A DNA stretch of 35,270 nt from assembly GCA_964502775.1 (NCBI GenBank), contig CAZCYE010000004.1, positions 1 to 35,270 of the forward strand, in the 5' to 3' direction. Within the stretch, counting starts at the first letter, position 1, and the number at the start of each line of letters is the position of its first letter. Below the pieces are notes generated by a model. It was given only the letters and a program-made list of their open reading frames with translations, had not been told where the DNA came from and did no database searches. This stretch comes from an uncultured Bifidobacteriaceae bacterium. Lineage in GTDB: Bacteria; Actinomycetota; Acidimicrobiia; IMCC26256; PALSA-555. The position numbers were made by a program, and so were the translations under genes. Below, piece by piece: positions 1 to 8,631 of the stretch.

Positions 1-1
1 G

Positions 2-91
2 ATCGTCGGCCTCGCGATCACGATCGTGATCCTACGGATCACCTGGCAGGCGTGGGGCACCATCCGCACCGGCTCTACCCAGGCCACTTGA
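2..91 (+). CDS. 3' end of a truncated membrane-protein CDS (function unknown)
   Basis: Open frame from the window edge reads IVGLAITIVILRITWQAWGTIRTGSTQAT, then TGA at 89-91. It has high GC3 and a hydrophobic helix. It is too short to assign to a family. Confidence 0.3.
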   Translation: MVGLAITIVILRITWQAWGTIRTGSTQAT

Positions 92-139
92 CGCGACTGA
101 GGGCTAGTTGTCTGGCTGTTCGTTGCCCGACCGCTCCGT

Positions 140-601
140 TCAACCAGTTCGTTGGGCGACGCCGCCGAGTGCCTCAACCAGCTCCTCGCCGCCCGCGTAC
201 GGATCGGGTCGCAGCTTGAAGGGCTCCCCGGCCCGGTCGAGCACGAGGACAGCCAGGCCCGTGCCAGTCACACGGGATGTCTTTGGTCGCCACTCTCTGA
301 CGTGAACCTGCTCACGAGGGAACTCACCTTCCACGGCGCGCGGCTGGGACTTTGAGAGGCCGAGGCGAAGGAAGATCACGCGCCGGTTCGTCACAACGAC
401 CGTGTAGGCGCGCATCCAGAGAAATTGGATGAGGCCGACGAGGGGGTACACGGGCGTCGTCAAGGCCTTGGCGAGTATGGCCACAATCTTCTCGTCCGGT
501 TGCAAGTGCGGCCTTAGGTACTCCTCGGCTTCACTCCTGAACCGGTCACGGGTAGCGCGTGCCGCCCGCTCGACTCGACTGAGCCCACCCTCATCGGCCA
601 T
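140..601 (-). CDS. Bacterial PH-domain-like (YokE/bPH-type) protein
   Basis: An internal ATG at 599-601 gives a 153-aa product (MADEGGLSRVERAA...). The pattern EKIVAIL...TVVVTNRRVIFLRLG...V...LVLDRAGEPFKLR resembles bacterial PH-like domains. The longer 268-aa version would run into the divergent DUF4012 gene. Confidence 0.5.
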   Translation of the reverse strand: MADEGGLSRVERAARATRDRFRSEAEEYLRPHLQPDEKIVAILAKALTTPVYPLVGLIQFLWMRAYTVVVTNRRVIFLRLGLSKSQPRAVEGEFPREQVHVREWRPKTSRVTGTGLAVLVLDRAGEPFKLRPDPYAGGEELVEALGGVAQRTG

Positions 602-634
602 CGGGCAGGATCGTACGCCAAAGCCGAGCGGCGG

Positions 635-2458
635 GTGCCCGAGTGCTGGGGACCCCCGCGCTCGTACACTGCACCCGTGTCCCGGACGCGCTCGGACGTA
701 GGGAGTAGCACGCGGCACCGAGTCGCCCGGCGTGTGGTTCGTGTCCTGTTGTTGGTCGTCGTCGCGTGGGTCGTCAGTTCCGTGGTGCTTCTCTGGATCG
801 CCCGCGATCGGGCGATCGACGGGATCGAACGACTGGAGCGAGCTGCGGACCGCCTCTCCTCGGATGCCCTCCTGCGTGGGAAGGGGGAGGATGCGCTCCG
901 CGCTGCGGCGCGCGACTTCGACTCCGCTCACGATCTCGCGGGCCATGCGATCCTCGCTCCTTGGTCCGTGGTTCCCCTACTCGGACAGAACGCCGATTCG
1001 GTCGCGGTGCTCACGAGCGCTGCGGCGGATGTCGCGCGGATCGGCGAGCGCGCGTCGGCCGAGAGCCGCGACGTGCTACGGCAGTCCCCGGCGACCGGCG
1101 CGGCTCGCATCGCCATGCTCGACCAGCTCGAGGGCGTGCTTGACCGGGCGGACCGCCGTCTGGCGCGGCTCGACCTCGGGCCAGACTTCCTGCTCCTTCC
1201 GCCGTTGGCCGATGCTCGCGACCGGTTCCGGGAGCGCCTTCAGGAGCTGCGCCAAACCGTCGTCGATGCACGATCGCTCGCCGAGGGCGCGCAGCGCCTG
1301 CTCACCGGACCCCGACGGTATCTCGTGCTCGCGGCCAACAACGCAGAGATGCGGGCGGGATCGGGCATGCTTCTCTCGGCCGGGGTCGCCGAGTTCGCCG
1401 ATGGGCAGGTGACGGTCGGGCCCTTCGAGTCGACGACGCTCATCGATGTCCCGGCCGGCGCGGTAACACTTCAACCGGCGGTCGAGGAGCTGTGGGGCTG
1501 GCTCGATCCTGAGCAACACTTCTGGGCTCTCGCGACGACGCCACGGTTCGATGTGACCGCGTCGATCGCCGCAGAGATGTGGGAGGCGGCCAAAGGTCAG
1601 CGTGTCGACGGAGTACTCGTGGTCGACCCGGTGGCGCTGGGGGAGGTGCTCGACGCCCAAGGGCCCGTGACGGTCGGGCCGAGCACGCTCTCGGCCGGTG
1701 ACGTGGTGTCGTACCTCTTGCTCGAACAGTACGAGCTGCTCGGCCAGGGCGACGTGCTGACCTCGGCCTCTGAGCAGCAGGTCCGGCGCGACCAGCTGAG
1801 CGCGGTCGCCGGGACCGTCGTGAGCACCCTCTCGGACCGGCCATGGGAGAGCTCTCGGCTCGCGCAAGGACTCGGGCAGGCGGCGCGGGGGCGCCATGTG
1901 CTCGCCTGGGCTCGCGACCCAGTCGAGCAGCGCGCATGGGAGGCCGGCGGGATCGCGGGCGAGCTCGAGGACGCATCGCTCTCGGTATCGCTCATGAACT
2001 TCGGGGGCAACAAGCTCGACCAGTTCATGGCGGTGCGGGCCCGTCTGCGCGTGGTCGAAGACGGAGAGCAGTCGGTCGTCACCGTTCGCCTCAGGATCCG
2101 CAACGACGCCCCTCCGGGACTGCCCACGTACGTGGCGGGACCGCATCCCGACAGTGGGGTGGGCGAAGGCGTCTACCAGGGGATCGTTGCCGTCAACGTG
2201 CCCGGCGTGGCATCACTCCCCGAAGTCGACGGACCCGGCGAAACAGTGGTCGCCGGTATCGACGGGCCGACGAAGATCGTGGCCCAGGGGTACTTGCAGA
2301 TCGCCCGGGGTGAGGAGGCGACGGTGCGGGTGCGCTTCCGCCTTCCGGAGGGGAGCCGGGCCCTCGACGTCGAGCCGTCGGCCCGGGTTCCGCCGATCAC
2401 GTGGCGTCATGGCTCGGCCCGGTGGGAGGACCGGTCTCGCCACAGCGTGGAGTGGTGA
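635..2458 (+). CDS. DUF4012 domain membrane-anchored protein, typical of actinobacterial cell-envelope glycan loci
   Basis: There is one N-terminal TM helix (VLLLVVVAWVVSSVVLLWIA) followed by a large extracytoplasmic domain. The LVLAANNAEMRAGSGMLLSAG signature matches my memory of DUF4012. The start is uncertain: GTG at 635 or GTG at 734. Confidence 0.75.
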   Translation: MPECWGPPRSYTAPVSRTRSDVGSSTRHRVARRVVRVLLLVVVAWVVSSVVLLWIARDRAIDGIERLERAADRLSSDALLRGKGEDALRAAARDFDSAHDLAGHAILAPWSVVPLLGQNADSVAVLTSAAADVARIGERASAESRDVLRQSPATGAARIAMLDQLEGVLDRADRRLARLDLGPDFLLLPPLADARDRFRERLQELRQTVVDARSLAEGAQRLLTGPRRYLVLAANNAEMRAGSGMLLSAGVAEFADGQVTVGPFESTTLIDVPAGAVTLQPAVEELWGWLDPEQHFWALATTPRFDVTASIAAEMWEAAKGQRVDGVLVVDPVALGEVLDAQGPVTVGPSTLSAGDVVSYLLLEQYELLGQGDVLTSASEQQVRRDQLSAVAGTVVSTLSDRPWESSRLAQGLGQAARGRHVLAWARDPVEQRAWEAGGIAGELEDASLSVSLMNFGGNKLDQFMAVRARLRVVEDGEQSVVTVRLRIRNDAPPGLPTYVAGPHPDSGVGEGVYQGIVAVNVPGVASLPEVDGPGETVVAGIDGPTKIVAQGYLQIARGEEATVRVRFRLPEGSRALDVEPSARVPPITWRHGSARWEDRSRHSVEW

Positions 2459-2573
2459 AGCTTTGCTCAATAGCCACTCTAGGTGGTAGCTTGCCCGCTG
2501 CGGCGTCGCAGGCGCCGACGGTGGGGACCGCGGGCTGGAACGGGGCTCCCATGGGTTCGGGCACCCGTGCGTT

Positions 2574-2600
2574 GGGTAGTGGCTCACTGAGCGGCTACCC
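2574..2600. repeat. Imperfect hairpin related to the 33591-33645 palindrome
   Basis: GGGTAGTGGCTC-ACT-GAGCGGCTACCC. It shares the 12-mer GGTAGTGGCTCA, then CTGAGC and CTACC, collinearly with the large palindrome. It lies about 20 nt upstream of the LPXTG gene RBS. Confidence 0.7.
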
Positions 2601-2622
2601 CGTTGGGGAGGGGAGGCAGAAG

Positions 2623-2922
2623 ATGGGCTTGCGACCTGTGCGACTGGGCTGTCGGCTGCTCGCGTCGGTGGGGGCGATCTCAGCGGTGGTATTGCTACCG
2701 GCGGCGGCATGGGCTCAGAGCGACTATCCAACTCCGAGTACTACCCCGCCAAGCACCGATTGCGTACTCGACGAATCTGGTGCCGAGGTGTGCGGAACGG
2801 CGGCAACACGCCTGCCCGCTACCGGCACCAACATTGAGGCGATCGCCGCGATCGGTGCCGCGACCACGGTAGGCGGTCTGGCGCTCGTGGCTCTCGGCCG
2901 CCGGGCTCGGGCCAACACCTGA
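2623..2922 (+). CDS. Small secreted LPXTG cell-wall-anchored protein (99 aa) with a Thr/Pro-rich stalk
   Basis: ATG at 2623 is preceded by GGGGAGGGGAGG. There is a signal peptide (…LLPAAAWA/QS). An LPATG motif is followed by a hydrophobic segment and an RRARANT tail, which is a classical sortase sorting signal. The predicted mature part is only about 36 aa (QSDYPTPSTTPPSTDCVLDESGAEVCGTAATRLPAT). Confidence 0.75.
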   Translation: MGLRPVRLGCRLLASVGAISAVVLLPAAAWAQSDYPTPSTTPPSTDCVLDESGAEVCGTAATRLPATGTNIEAIAAIGAATTVGGLALVALGRRARANT

Positions 2923-2939
2923 GCGCATTCGCCAGAGCC

Positions 2940-4499
2940 ATGGTCGCCACCCAGGACTTCGAGGTTGAACGCGGCGTCGCGACGGCTGACCAGTATCAGT
3001 TGGAACCGCGTCTCCTACGGCCGCGCCTGGTTGTGGACAACGCTTTTCCCCGGGCCGAGACGCGGTGGCTGCGTTGGCTCCTGGTTGGCGTCGACACCTT
3101 CGGCATCGCCTTCGGTTGGGGAGCCAGCGTGCTCGTGGGCTCTCGGGCGGCGGTGGGTACCTCGATGGTCGCCTTCGCCACGGGCCTCATCGTCACCATC
3201 GCCGCGATCGCGCTCCAGCGGCTGTACCTCGCACGCGTCTCTTGCGTGCGCAGCGTGGAGCTCGAGCGGCTCGCGCATGCGGCCGTCGCGGGAGCCTTCG
3301 CCGTATATGGCACGAGCGGCGCCATCGGATCCGGGGTGTCGGCGCTCGATGCCAGCGCCGCGGGAGCCCTCACATTCCTGCTTCTTGCCACTGGACGCTC
3401 GTTCTACGACGCGTGGTTGAAGATCGCCCGTTCGCGGGGCAGATTTCTAAGGAGCATGGTGGTGGTCGGCGCGAATGCGGAGGGCGCGCATCTCGTTCGT
3501 CTGCTCGATGTCCACCCCGAGCTCGGCTTCCGCGTTCGCGGCATCATTGGTCGCGCGGACGGGCACGAGAGACCGGACGGCGTCCCCGTGGTCGGCGAGG
3601 TGGCCCAGGTCGTCGACGCGGTACGCAGTACGGGCGCGACCGGCGTGATGATCGCTTCGAGCGCGCTCACAGCTCAGGAGCTGAACACTGTGACTCGCGA
3701 GCTGCTCCTCGAGGGCGTGCATGTTCACGTTTCGATCGGACTCAAGGGGATCTCCACCCAGCGGCTGCGCCCGTTGCCGTTCGCCCGTGAACCGCTCTTC
3801 TACGTAGAGCGGTTAGCTCTGTCGCGTTGGCAGGCGACACTCAAGCGCGCGATCGATCTAGCGCTCGCAGTGACAGTCGCGGTCCTGACGCTACCGTTGC
3901 TCATCGTTACCGCGCTCGCGATCAAGCTCGAGGACCGCGGCCGGGTGTTCTTCCTCCAGGAGCGGGTGGGGCGCGATGGGCGTCATTTCACGATGTGGAA
4001 GTTCCGTACGATGGCGCCCGATGCCGACGCGCGCGCGGGTGAGCTATGCGCACACAACAACCGCTCCGGCGGGCCGCTGTTCAAGATGGACGACGACCCT
4101 CGCCAAACACGGGTCGGACGGGTGCTCGAGACGCTCAGCATCGATGAGCTGCCGCAGTTGTGGAATGTACTCCGGGGCAACATGAGCCTCGTGGGGCCCC
4201 GTCCTGGGCTTCCCGAGGAGATCGAGCAATTTGAGGAGGAGCTGCTCGTCCGCCTCAGTGTGCCGCCGGGCGTGACTGGTCTCTGGCAGGCGGAAGCTCG
4301 TGACAATCCACGCTTTGATGCTTACTGCCGGCTCGACCTGTTTTATGTGGAGAACTGGTCGCTGGCGTTCGATCTCTCGATCATCCTCGCGACCTTGCGG
4401 TCGCTCGTCGTGCGCGTGGTGCACTCGATCTGGCGGCATCCAGCCTCCGGCGCGCGGGCAGGCGCGACCGGCAGTCGTCCTGAGACAACGAGCGCGTAA
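2940..4499 (+). CDS. Polyprenyl-phosphate glycosylphosphotransferase (WbaP/EpsB-type initiating sugar transferase)
   Basis: The N-terminal half has multiple TM helices and there is a central Rossmann-like region. The C-terminal bacterial sugar transferase motifs are KRAIDLALA..., FFLQERVGRDGRHFTMWKFRTM, GPLFKMDDDPRQTRVG and DELPQLWNVLRGNMSLVGPRP. Confidence 0.92.
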   Translation: MVATQDFEVERGVATADQYQLEPRLLRPRLVVDNAFPRAETRWLRWLLVGVDTFGIAFGWGASVLVGSRAAVGTSMVAFATGLIVTIAAIALQRLYLARVSCVRSVELERLAHAAVAGAFAVYGTSGAIGSGVSALDASAAGALTFLLLATGRSFYDAWLKIARSRGRFLRSMVVVGANAEGAHLVRLLDVHPELGFRVRGIIGRADGHERPDGVPVVGEVAQVVDAVRSTGATGVMIASSALTAQELNTVTRELLLEGVHVHVSIGLKGISTQRLRPLPFAREPLFYVERLALSRWQATLKRAIDLALAVTVAVLTLPLLIVTALAIKLEDRGRVFFLQERVGRDGRHFTMWKFRTMAPDADARAGELCAHNNRSGGPLFKMDDDPRQTRVGRVLETLSIDELPQLWNVLRGNMSLVGPRPGLPEEIEQFEEELLVRLSVPPGVTGLWQAEARDNPRFDAYCRLDLFYVENWSLAFDLSIILATLRSLVVRVVHSIWRHPASGARAGATGSRPETTSA

Positions 4500-5350
4500 T
4501 GGCGGCACGCAGTGCCGCTCTGGACGCTCGAACGCGCGACGGGAGCGCCGGTCCGGACGTTTGGCCACTCACACGGGTCACGATCGGTGGGATGGCGTGT
4601 GACCTCGTCGAACGGGCGGACGCCGAGGTTCTCTTACGCGAGGCCGTTGCCGGAAGGATGCGCTTCCCGCTGCTCCTCGCTTCCGTGAACCTCCAGAAGG
4701 TGTTCCAGTTCGGCCGCGGCCGCCCTGCGGAGGGGTTCTTCGACAGGGCTCGTCATGGTGAGCGGTGGTTGGCACTGGTCGACGGCGCGCCGGTCGCCGC
4801 GCAGGCCCGCCGGCTCACGGGCCGGGTGTGGCCGCGTCTCGCCGGGTCTGATCTGCTGCCGTGGATGCTCGACGCCGCGGCGGAGGCCGGCGCCCGGGTT
4901 GGGTTCGTCGGTGGGCAGGAGTCGACCCATGAGCGCTTCCGCCGATTGCAGCCGCACCGCTGGCCCGACCTGCAGGTGTCGGGTGCTTGGCCCGTCCCGG
5001 CCGCCGAGATCGTGGCGCAAAGCAGCGCGATTGCACGCGAGGTGGCCGCCTCGCGTACGGACGTGCTCTTCGCGGCGCTGACCCCGCACGGAGAGGCGTG
5101 GCTCGACGAGTGGGTGGATGACAGCGGGGTGAGGGTTGGAGCGGCTTTCGGTGCCGCTCTCGAGATGCTCGTGGGCGAACGGCGGCGCTCCCCAATCTGG
5201 ATGCGCCGGCTGGGCCTGGAGTGGTTGTGGCGATTCGTCCACGAACCAAGGCGGCTCGGGCGCCGCTACCTTCTGGACGGCCCGCGCGCGTACGCGCTTG
5301 TCCGCCGCGCGTCGAGCCGGGGTCCAGGCGCGCACGTGGTAACGCGGTGA
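4499..5350 (+). CDS. WecG/TagA/CpsF-family glycosyltransferase
   Basis: Its start overlaps the upstream stop (TAATG). The motifs SVNLQKV, RVGFVGG, LFAALTPHGEAWL and EWLWRFVHEPRRLGRRYL are typical of the family. Confidence 0.8.
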   Translation: MAARSAALDARTRDGSAGPDVWPLTRVTIGGMACDLVERADAEVLLREAVAGRMRFPLLLASVNLQKVFQFGRGRPAEGFFDRARHGERWLALVDGAPVAAQARRLTGRVWPRLAGSDLLPWMLDAAAEAGARVGFVGGQESTHERFRRLQPHRWPDLQVSGAWPVPAAEIVAQSSAIAREVAASRTDVLFAALTPHGEAWLDEWVDDSGVRVGAAFGAALEMLVGERRRSPIWMRRLGLEWLWRFVHEPRRLGRRYLLDGPRAYALVRRASSRGPGAHVVTR

Positions 5351-5427
5351 TGCCGGCGTAAGGCACGCCCGCGCTGGCGGCCCCCCTTCATGGACGATCT
5401 TGTGCGCTGGGGATTATCGTCACCCGC

Positions 5428-6576
5428 GTGCGTCGTATAGGGATTGTGCACCAGTACGACCCGCGTCAGCTCGTTCCCGGCGGAATCGACACATTGATCG
5501 ATGGGATCATCCGGTACGCGCCGCTGGGATACACCCCGGTCGTCATCGGAGCTGACCGATGCGGTGATGGAGCCACTGCGCTCGGCGAGTTGATTTGGCT
5601 CGATGTCGGCGGTAGGGATGTGGGATTCCTCCCGGTGACGAGGCTTGGCGCCACTGGCCGCGTTGGTCGTGTCCCGGAGACGTTGAAGCTCGCGGTCGGC
5701 CTTGCCCAGTTCCGTCAGGCCGTTCGTGAGGCAGTCGACGAGCTCCAGGTGCATCGACCCGACACGGGCCTCGTGACGAGCAGGCTCTTCCCCGGCCTTT
5801 CCCGGGTGCAATGCGTGCACGGACCACCCCACGCGCTCCAGCACCGTCCCGCCTCGTACCTGACTCATCTGCGGTGGCTGATGCCTGCGGTCGATCGTGG
5901 CGCCGTGCGTCGAGCGGCTTGGACATTCGTCTTCAGCCGCGCCGGGGCTGAACGACTGCGGGCCGTGAGCCCGAATGTCTCGAACGTCACGTCTTGGTAC
6001 GACCCCGCAGTCACCAGGACGCGGTTGGCGCCCCGGCGGGACGGTCTGATCCGCGCGTTGTGGGTCGGCCGCCTCGTACCGGAGAAGGACCCGATGCTGG
6101 CCGTAGGGGCGTTGCGCGCGTTCGTGAGCGGGACGCCAGGACCCGCAGCCTCGGAGGCGACGATCGCCGGTAACGGCGTCATGCTGGCTCAGGTTCAGGA
6201 TGCGATCGCCGACGAGCCCCGCATCCGGTGCCCCGGCCCGATGGACCGTGACGAAGTCGCGGAGGCCATGGCCGACGCCGACGTGGTGCTCCTGACGTCG
6301 GCGGGAACCTCGGAGGACGCCTTCGAGGGCAGCCCCACCACGATGTGGGAGGCCCTGGCCGCCGGAACCCCCGTCGTCTGCACGGAGGGGAGCGACTCGG
6401 ACCTACGGATCGTCGACGGCATGAACGGCTACCGGGTGCGCGAGCGATCCGCACAGGGGCTGGCGTCCGCGATGAACTCCGCGCTCGGTCTCTCCCGCGC
6501 CGAGTGCGCTCGCTCCGTTGCCGACCTTGCCGCGCCCTCGATCGTGCCGAGGCTCTTCGAATCAGCGGCGCGCTGA
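5428..6576 (+). CDS. GT-B fold glycosyltransferase (GT4-like)
   Basis: GTG start. WVGRLVPEKDP and the C-terminal EG..TTMWEALAAGTPVV...DG.NGYRV pattern match the retaining GT4/GT1 superfamily. Confidence 0.75.
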   Translation: MRRIGIVHQYDPRQLVPGGIDTLIDGIIRYAPLGYTPVVIGADRCGDGATALGELIWLDVGGRDVGFLPVTRLGATGRVGRVPETLKLAVGLAQFRQAVREAVDELQVHRPDTGLVTSRLFPGLSRVQCVHGPPHALQHRPASYLTHLRWLMPAVDRGAVRRAAWTFVFSRAGAERLRAVSPNVSNVTSWYDPAVTRTRLAPRRDGLIRALWVGRLVPEKDPMLAVGALRAFVSGTPGPAASEATIAGNGVMLAQVQDAIADEPRIRCPGPMDRDEVAEAMADADVVLLTSAGTSEDAFEGSPTTMWEALAAGTPVVCTEGSDSDLRIVDGMNGYRVRERSAQGLASAMNSALGLSRAECARSVADLAAPSIVPRLFESAAR

Positions 6577-6583
6577 CCGATGG

Positions 6584-7822
6584 TCAGTCGTGCCCGGTGA
6601 GCGGACCCCTTCCGCGCTCGCGGTGGGCGCGGCCCACGAGGTCCTGGTACAGCGACGCGAACGCAGGGGCACGCGACGCCCAGGACAAGCTTCGGACCCG
6701 GTCGATCGCTCGCGTGCGATCGTATGTCTTGCGGGCCGAACGCACCGCGGCTACCACCGCAGGCGAGTCTCCGAAGTCGACGAGTCGAACGTCGGTACCG
6801 GTGGAGATCGAGCGATACGGGGCGATATCCGCCGCGACCACGGGACGGCCCGTTGCCATCGCCTCGACCAAGGTGATCCCGAACCCCTCGGCCAGGCTTG
6901 GCAGCACGATCACCGAGCTCGCCTGGATCTCTTCGAGCAGAGACGCCTGCTCGAGCCCGCCGGTGAAGCGGGCCGGCAGCCCTCCGAACTCGCGACGCAG
7001 CCGGCGCAGGTCACGGGAGGCGCCCGAACCAACCACCACGAGCTGCAGCGCGCGGTCGAGCCGCAATGCGTCCGCCAATCGCTCGATCGCCTTGTTTCGC
7101 GCGAGCCGGCCGAAGTACAGGAGAGGGCCGTCAGGCCGGTGGCGTGAAGCGGCGAGCTGGAGAAAGGGCTCGACCTCAACCGGGTTCTCGAGAACGCGCA
7201 CATTGGGGAGGCTGGCAACCGCATCGAGATCGGTTTCCGAGCTCGCGACCACGGCGTCCAACGAGCGCAGTGTCGGCAGGTACACGGCCCACCACGCGAG
7301 GCGCTTGATGGCCCGATATCGCCCGGTGTGGAAGATCAACCCGTGCGTGGAGAGCAGCGACGGCTTCGAGCGCAGCTCCGGTACTCGTCGGCGCAGGTCG
7401 AGGCCGAAGCGCAGGTCGTGGTGATGCACGAGGTCCGCCCACTCGAGCGCGGCGCGCAGCTCCCCGCCGATACGCCCGACGAACTGGAGACGCTCGGGTC
7501 CGAACGACCGCACCCGCAGCACCGGCATACGGGCTTCGGGACCGAAGCTGTCGGCAACCCGATCGGAGCACACGACGCGCGAATGGATGCCCCATGGCTC
7601 GAGGTGGGCGGCGAGGGCCGCGATGAAGCTCTCGGTTCCGCCGACGGTCGGGTGGAAGTTGCGGGAGAGATGAACGACGTTCAGCGCGCGGCTCAGGACT
7701 CGAGCGCCGGGAGTCCGGGCTCGGTGGCCGGCGCGGCACTGGTTCGATTCGACGGAGGAAGGACTCCCCGTCCACGAGAGCCGGCGACGCCCCGCGACTT
7801 GGCGACTTTGGCCGCTCGCCAC
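6584..7822 (-). CDS. GT4 family glycosyltransferase
   Basis: Motifs seen: VVHLSRNFHPTVGGTESF, YFGRLARNKAIERL and VLPSLAEGFGITLVEAMATGRPVVAADI. The only canonical start in frame is GTG at 7822, which overlaps the upstream Wzz-like gene by 130 nt. The only nearer candidate is a CTG at 7694-7696. Confidence 0.8.
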   Translation of the reverse strand: MASGQSRQVAGRRRLSWTGSPSSVESNQCRAGHRARTPGARVLSRALNVVHLSRNFHPTVGGTESFIAALAAHLEPWGIHSRVVCSDRVADSFGPEARMPVLRVRSFGPERLQFVGRIGGELRAALEWADLVHHHDLRFGLDLRRRVPELRSKPSLLSTHGLIFHTGRYRAIKRLAWWAVYLPTLRSLDAVVASSETDLDAVASLPNVRVLENPVEVEPFLQLAASRHRPDGPLLYFGRLARNKAIERLADALRLDRALQLVVVGSGASRDLRRLRREFGGLPARFTGGLEQASLLEEIQASSVIVLPSLAEGFGITLVEAMATGRPVVAADIAPYRSISTGTDVRLVDFGDSPAVVAAVRSARKTYDRTRAIDRVRSLSWASRAPAFASLYQDLVGRAHRERGRGPLTGHD

Positions 7823-8595
7823 CGTATCCGGCGAGGGCGACGACCACTCGTCAACAGGAGCACGATGCTCGCCAGCATAAGAGAGACGACGAATGCCGTG
7901 ACGGCGTAGCGTACGATCTCCGCGGTCCGGCTCACCTCCTTCGACGTGAGCGAGCTCACGAGCGAGGGTCGGGTCGCGTTCGCGAGCTGGAGCTCAGCAG
8001 TCGCAACATCGGCGAGTACCTCGTCCAGGGCGACCCTGGAGGCATCCCGCTGCGCCTCCAGCGCCGCGTGCTGGGAACTCCCATCCGCTCCGTTCGCCTG
8101 CTCGTACTGCTCGAGCGCGGACGAGTCCTGCTCGTAGTCGGAACGCGCCGCGCCGACGGCGTCCCCGGCACGCTCAAGGTATCGGTCGGCGAGGCTGGTG
8201 AGCGCGGTACGGGCCGCGACTCGAGCGACGTCCGTCGCGAGGTCGCGATCGGTCGAGAGGTACGTCACACGCACGTTCGCGCTTTCGCCCACTCGAGAGG
8301 AGCGGAGCTCATCGCTCACCTCTTCCCGCGAAATGTCGGTAGCTCGCGCTGTGGCGTGCGCCACAGCCGGGAGCTTCAACTCGGCCTCGTAGTTGTCCGC
8401 GATAGGTCCGAGTACGTAGTCCGGTAAGTCGGCACCGGCGACCAAGCTCACGAACGTGATCGCGCGTCCCCGGTATGTGACAGGTTCGCGGTAGCGAACA
8501 TAACCCGCGGCTCCGGCGGCAATGAGAGCGATGAGGAGCGCAGTGACAATGCCTCCCCAGCTCGGACGGTAGCGAACGAAAGTGGATATCTCCAT
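7693..8595 (-). CDS. Wzz-like polysaccharide co-polymerase (chain-length determinant), with no kinase domain
   Basis: It has the PCP topology. There is an N-terminal TM helix (IVTALLIALIAAGAAGY), an Ala/Glu/Asp/Leu-rich helical ectodomain of about 190 aa, a C-terminal TM helix (VTAFVVSLMLASIVLLL) and a basic tail. The cluster context supports the call. No Walker motifs were seen. Confidence 0.55.
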   Translation of the reverse strand: MEISTFVRYRPSWGGIVTALLIALIAAGAAGYVRYREPVTYRGRAITFVSLVAGADLPDYVLGPIADNYEAELKLPAVAHATARATDISREEVSDELRSSRVGESANVRVTYLSTDRDLATDVARVAARTALTSLADRYLERAGDAVGAARSDYEQDSSALEQYEQANGADGSSQHAALEAQRDASRVALDEVLADVATAELQLANATRPSLVSSLTSKEVSRTAEIVRYAVTAFVVSLMLASIVLLLTSGRRPRRIRWRAAKVAKSRGVAGSRGRGVLPPSNRTSAAPATEPGLPALES

Positions 8596-8631
8596 GGTGT
8601 ACCGCGCGCGCTAGACCGCCGAGCTTGGCGA

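Noticed and set aside
140-946. Full 268-aa version of the PH-like ORF
   Set aside because: The N-terminal 115 aa are low-complexity and would overlap the divergent DUF4012 gene start by more than 300 nt. The internal ATG at 601 gives a compact domain-sized protein.
1076-2146. 356-aa minus-strand ORF inside the DUF4012 gene, with several other nested ORFs in 732-2313
   Set aside because: It is antisense or off-frame to an ORF with a recognisable DUF4012 signature. Its Arg/Pro/Gly-dominated composition is typical of spurious high-GC ORFs.
5405-5415. 11-mer CGCTGGGGATT shared between the GT4 upstream region and the right flank of the palindrome (33648-33658)
   Set aside because: Exact 11-mer coincidences are expected many times by chance in 35 kb of compositionally biased DNA. 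There is no extended similarity or shared structure around the match.
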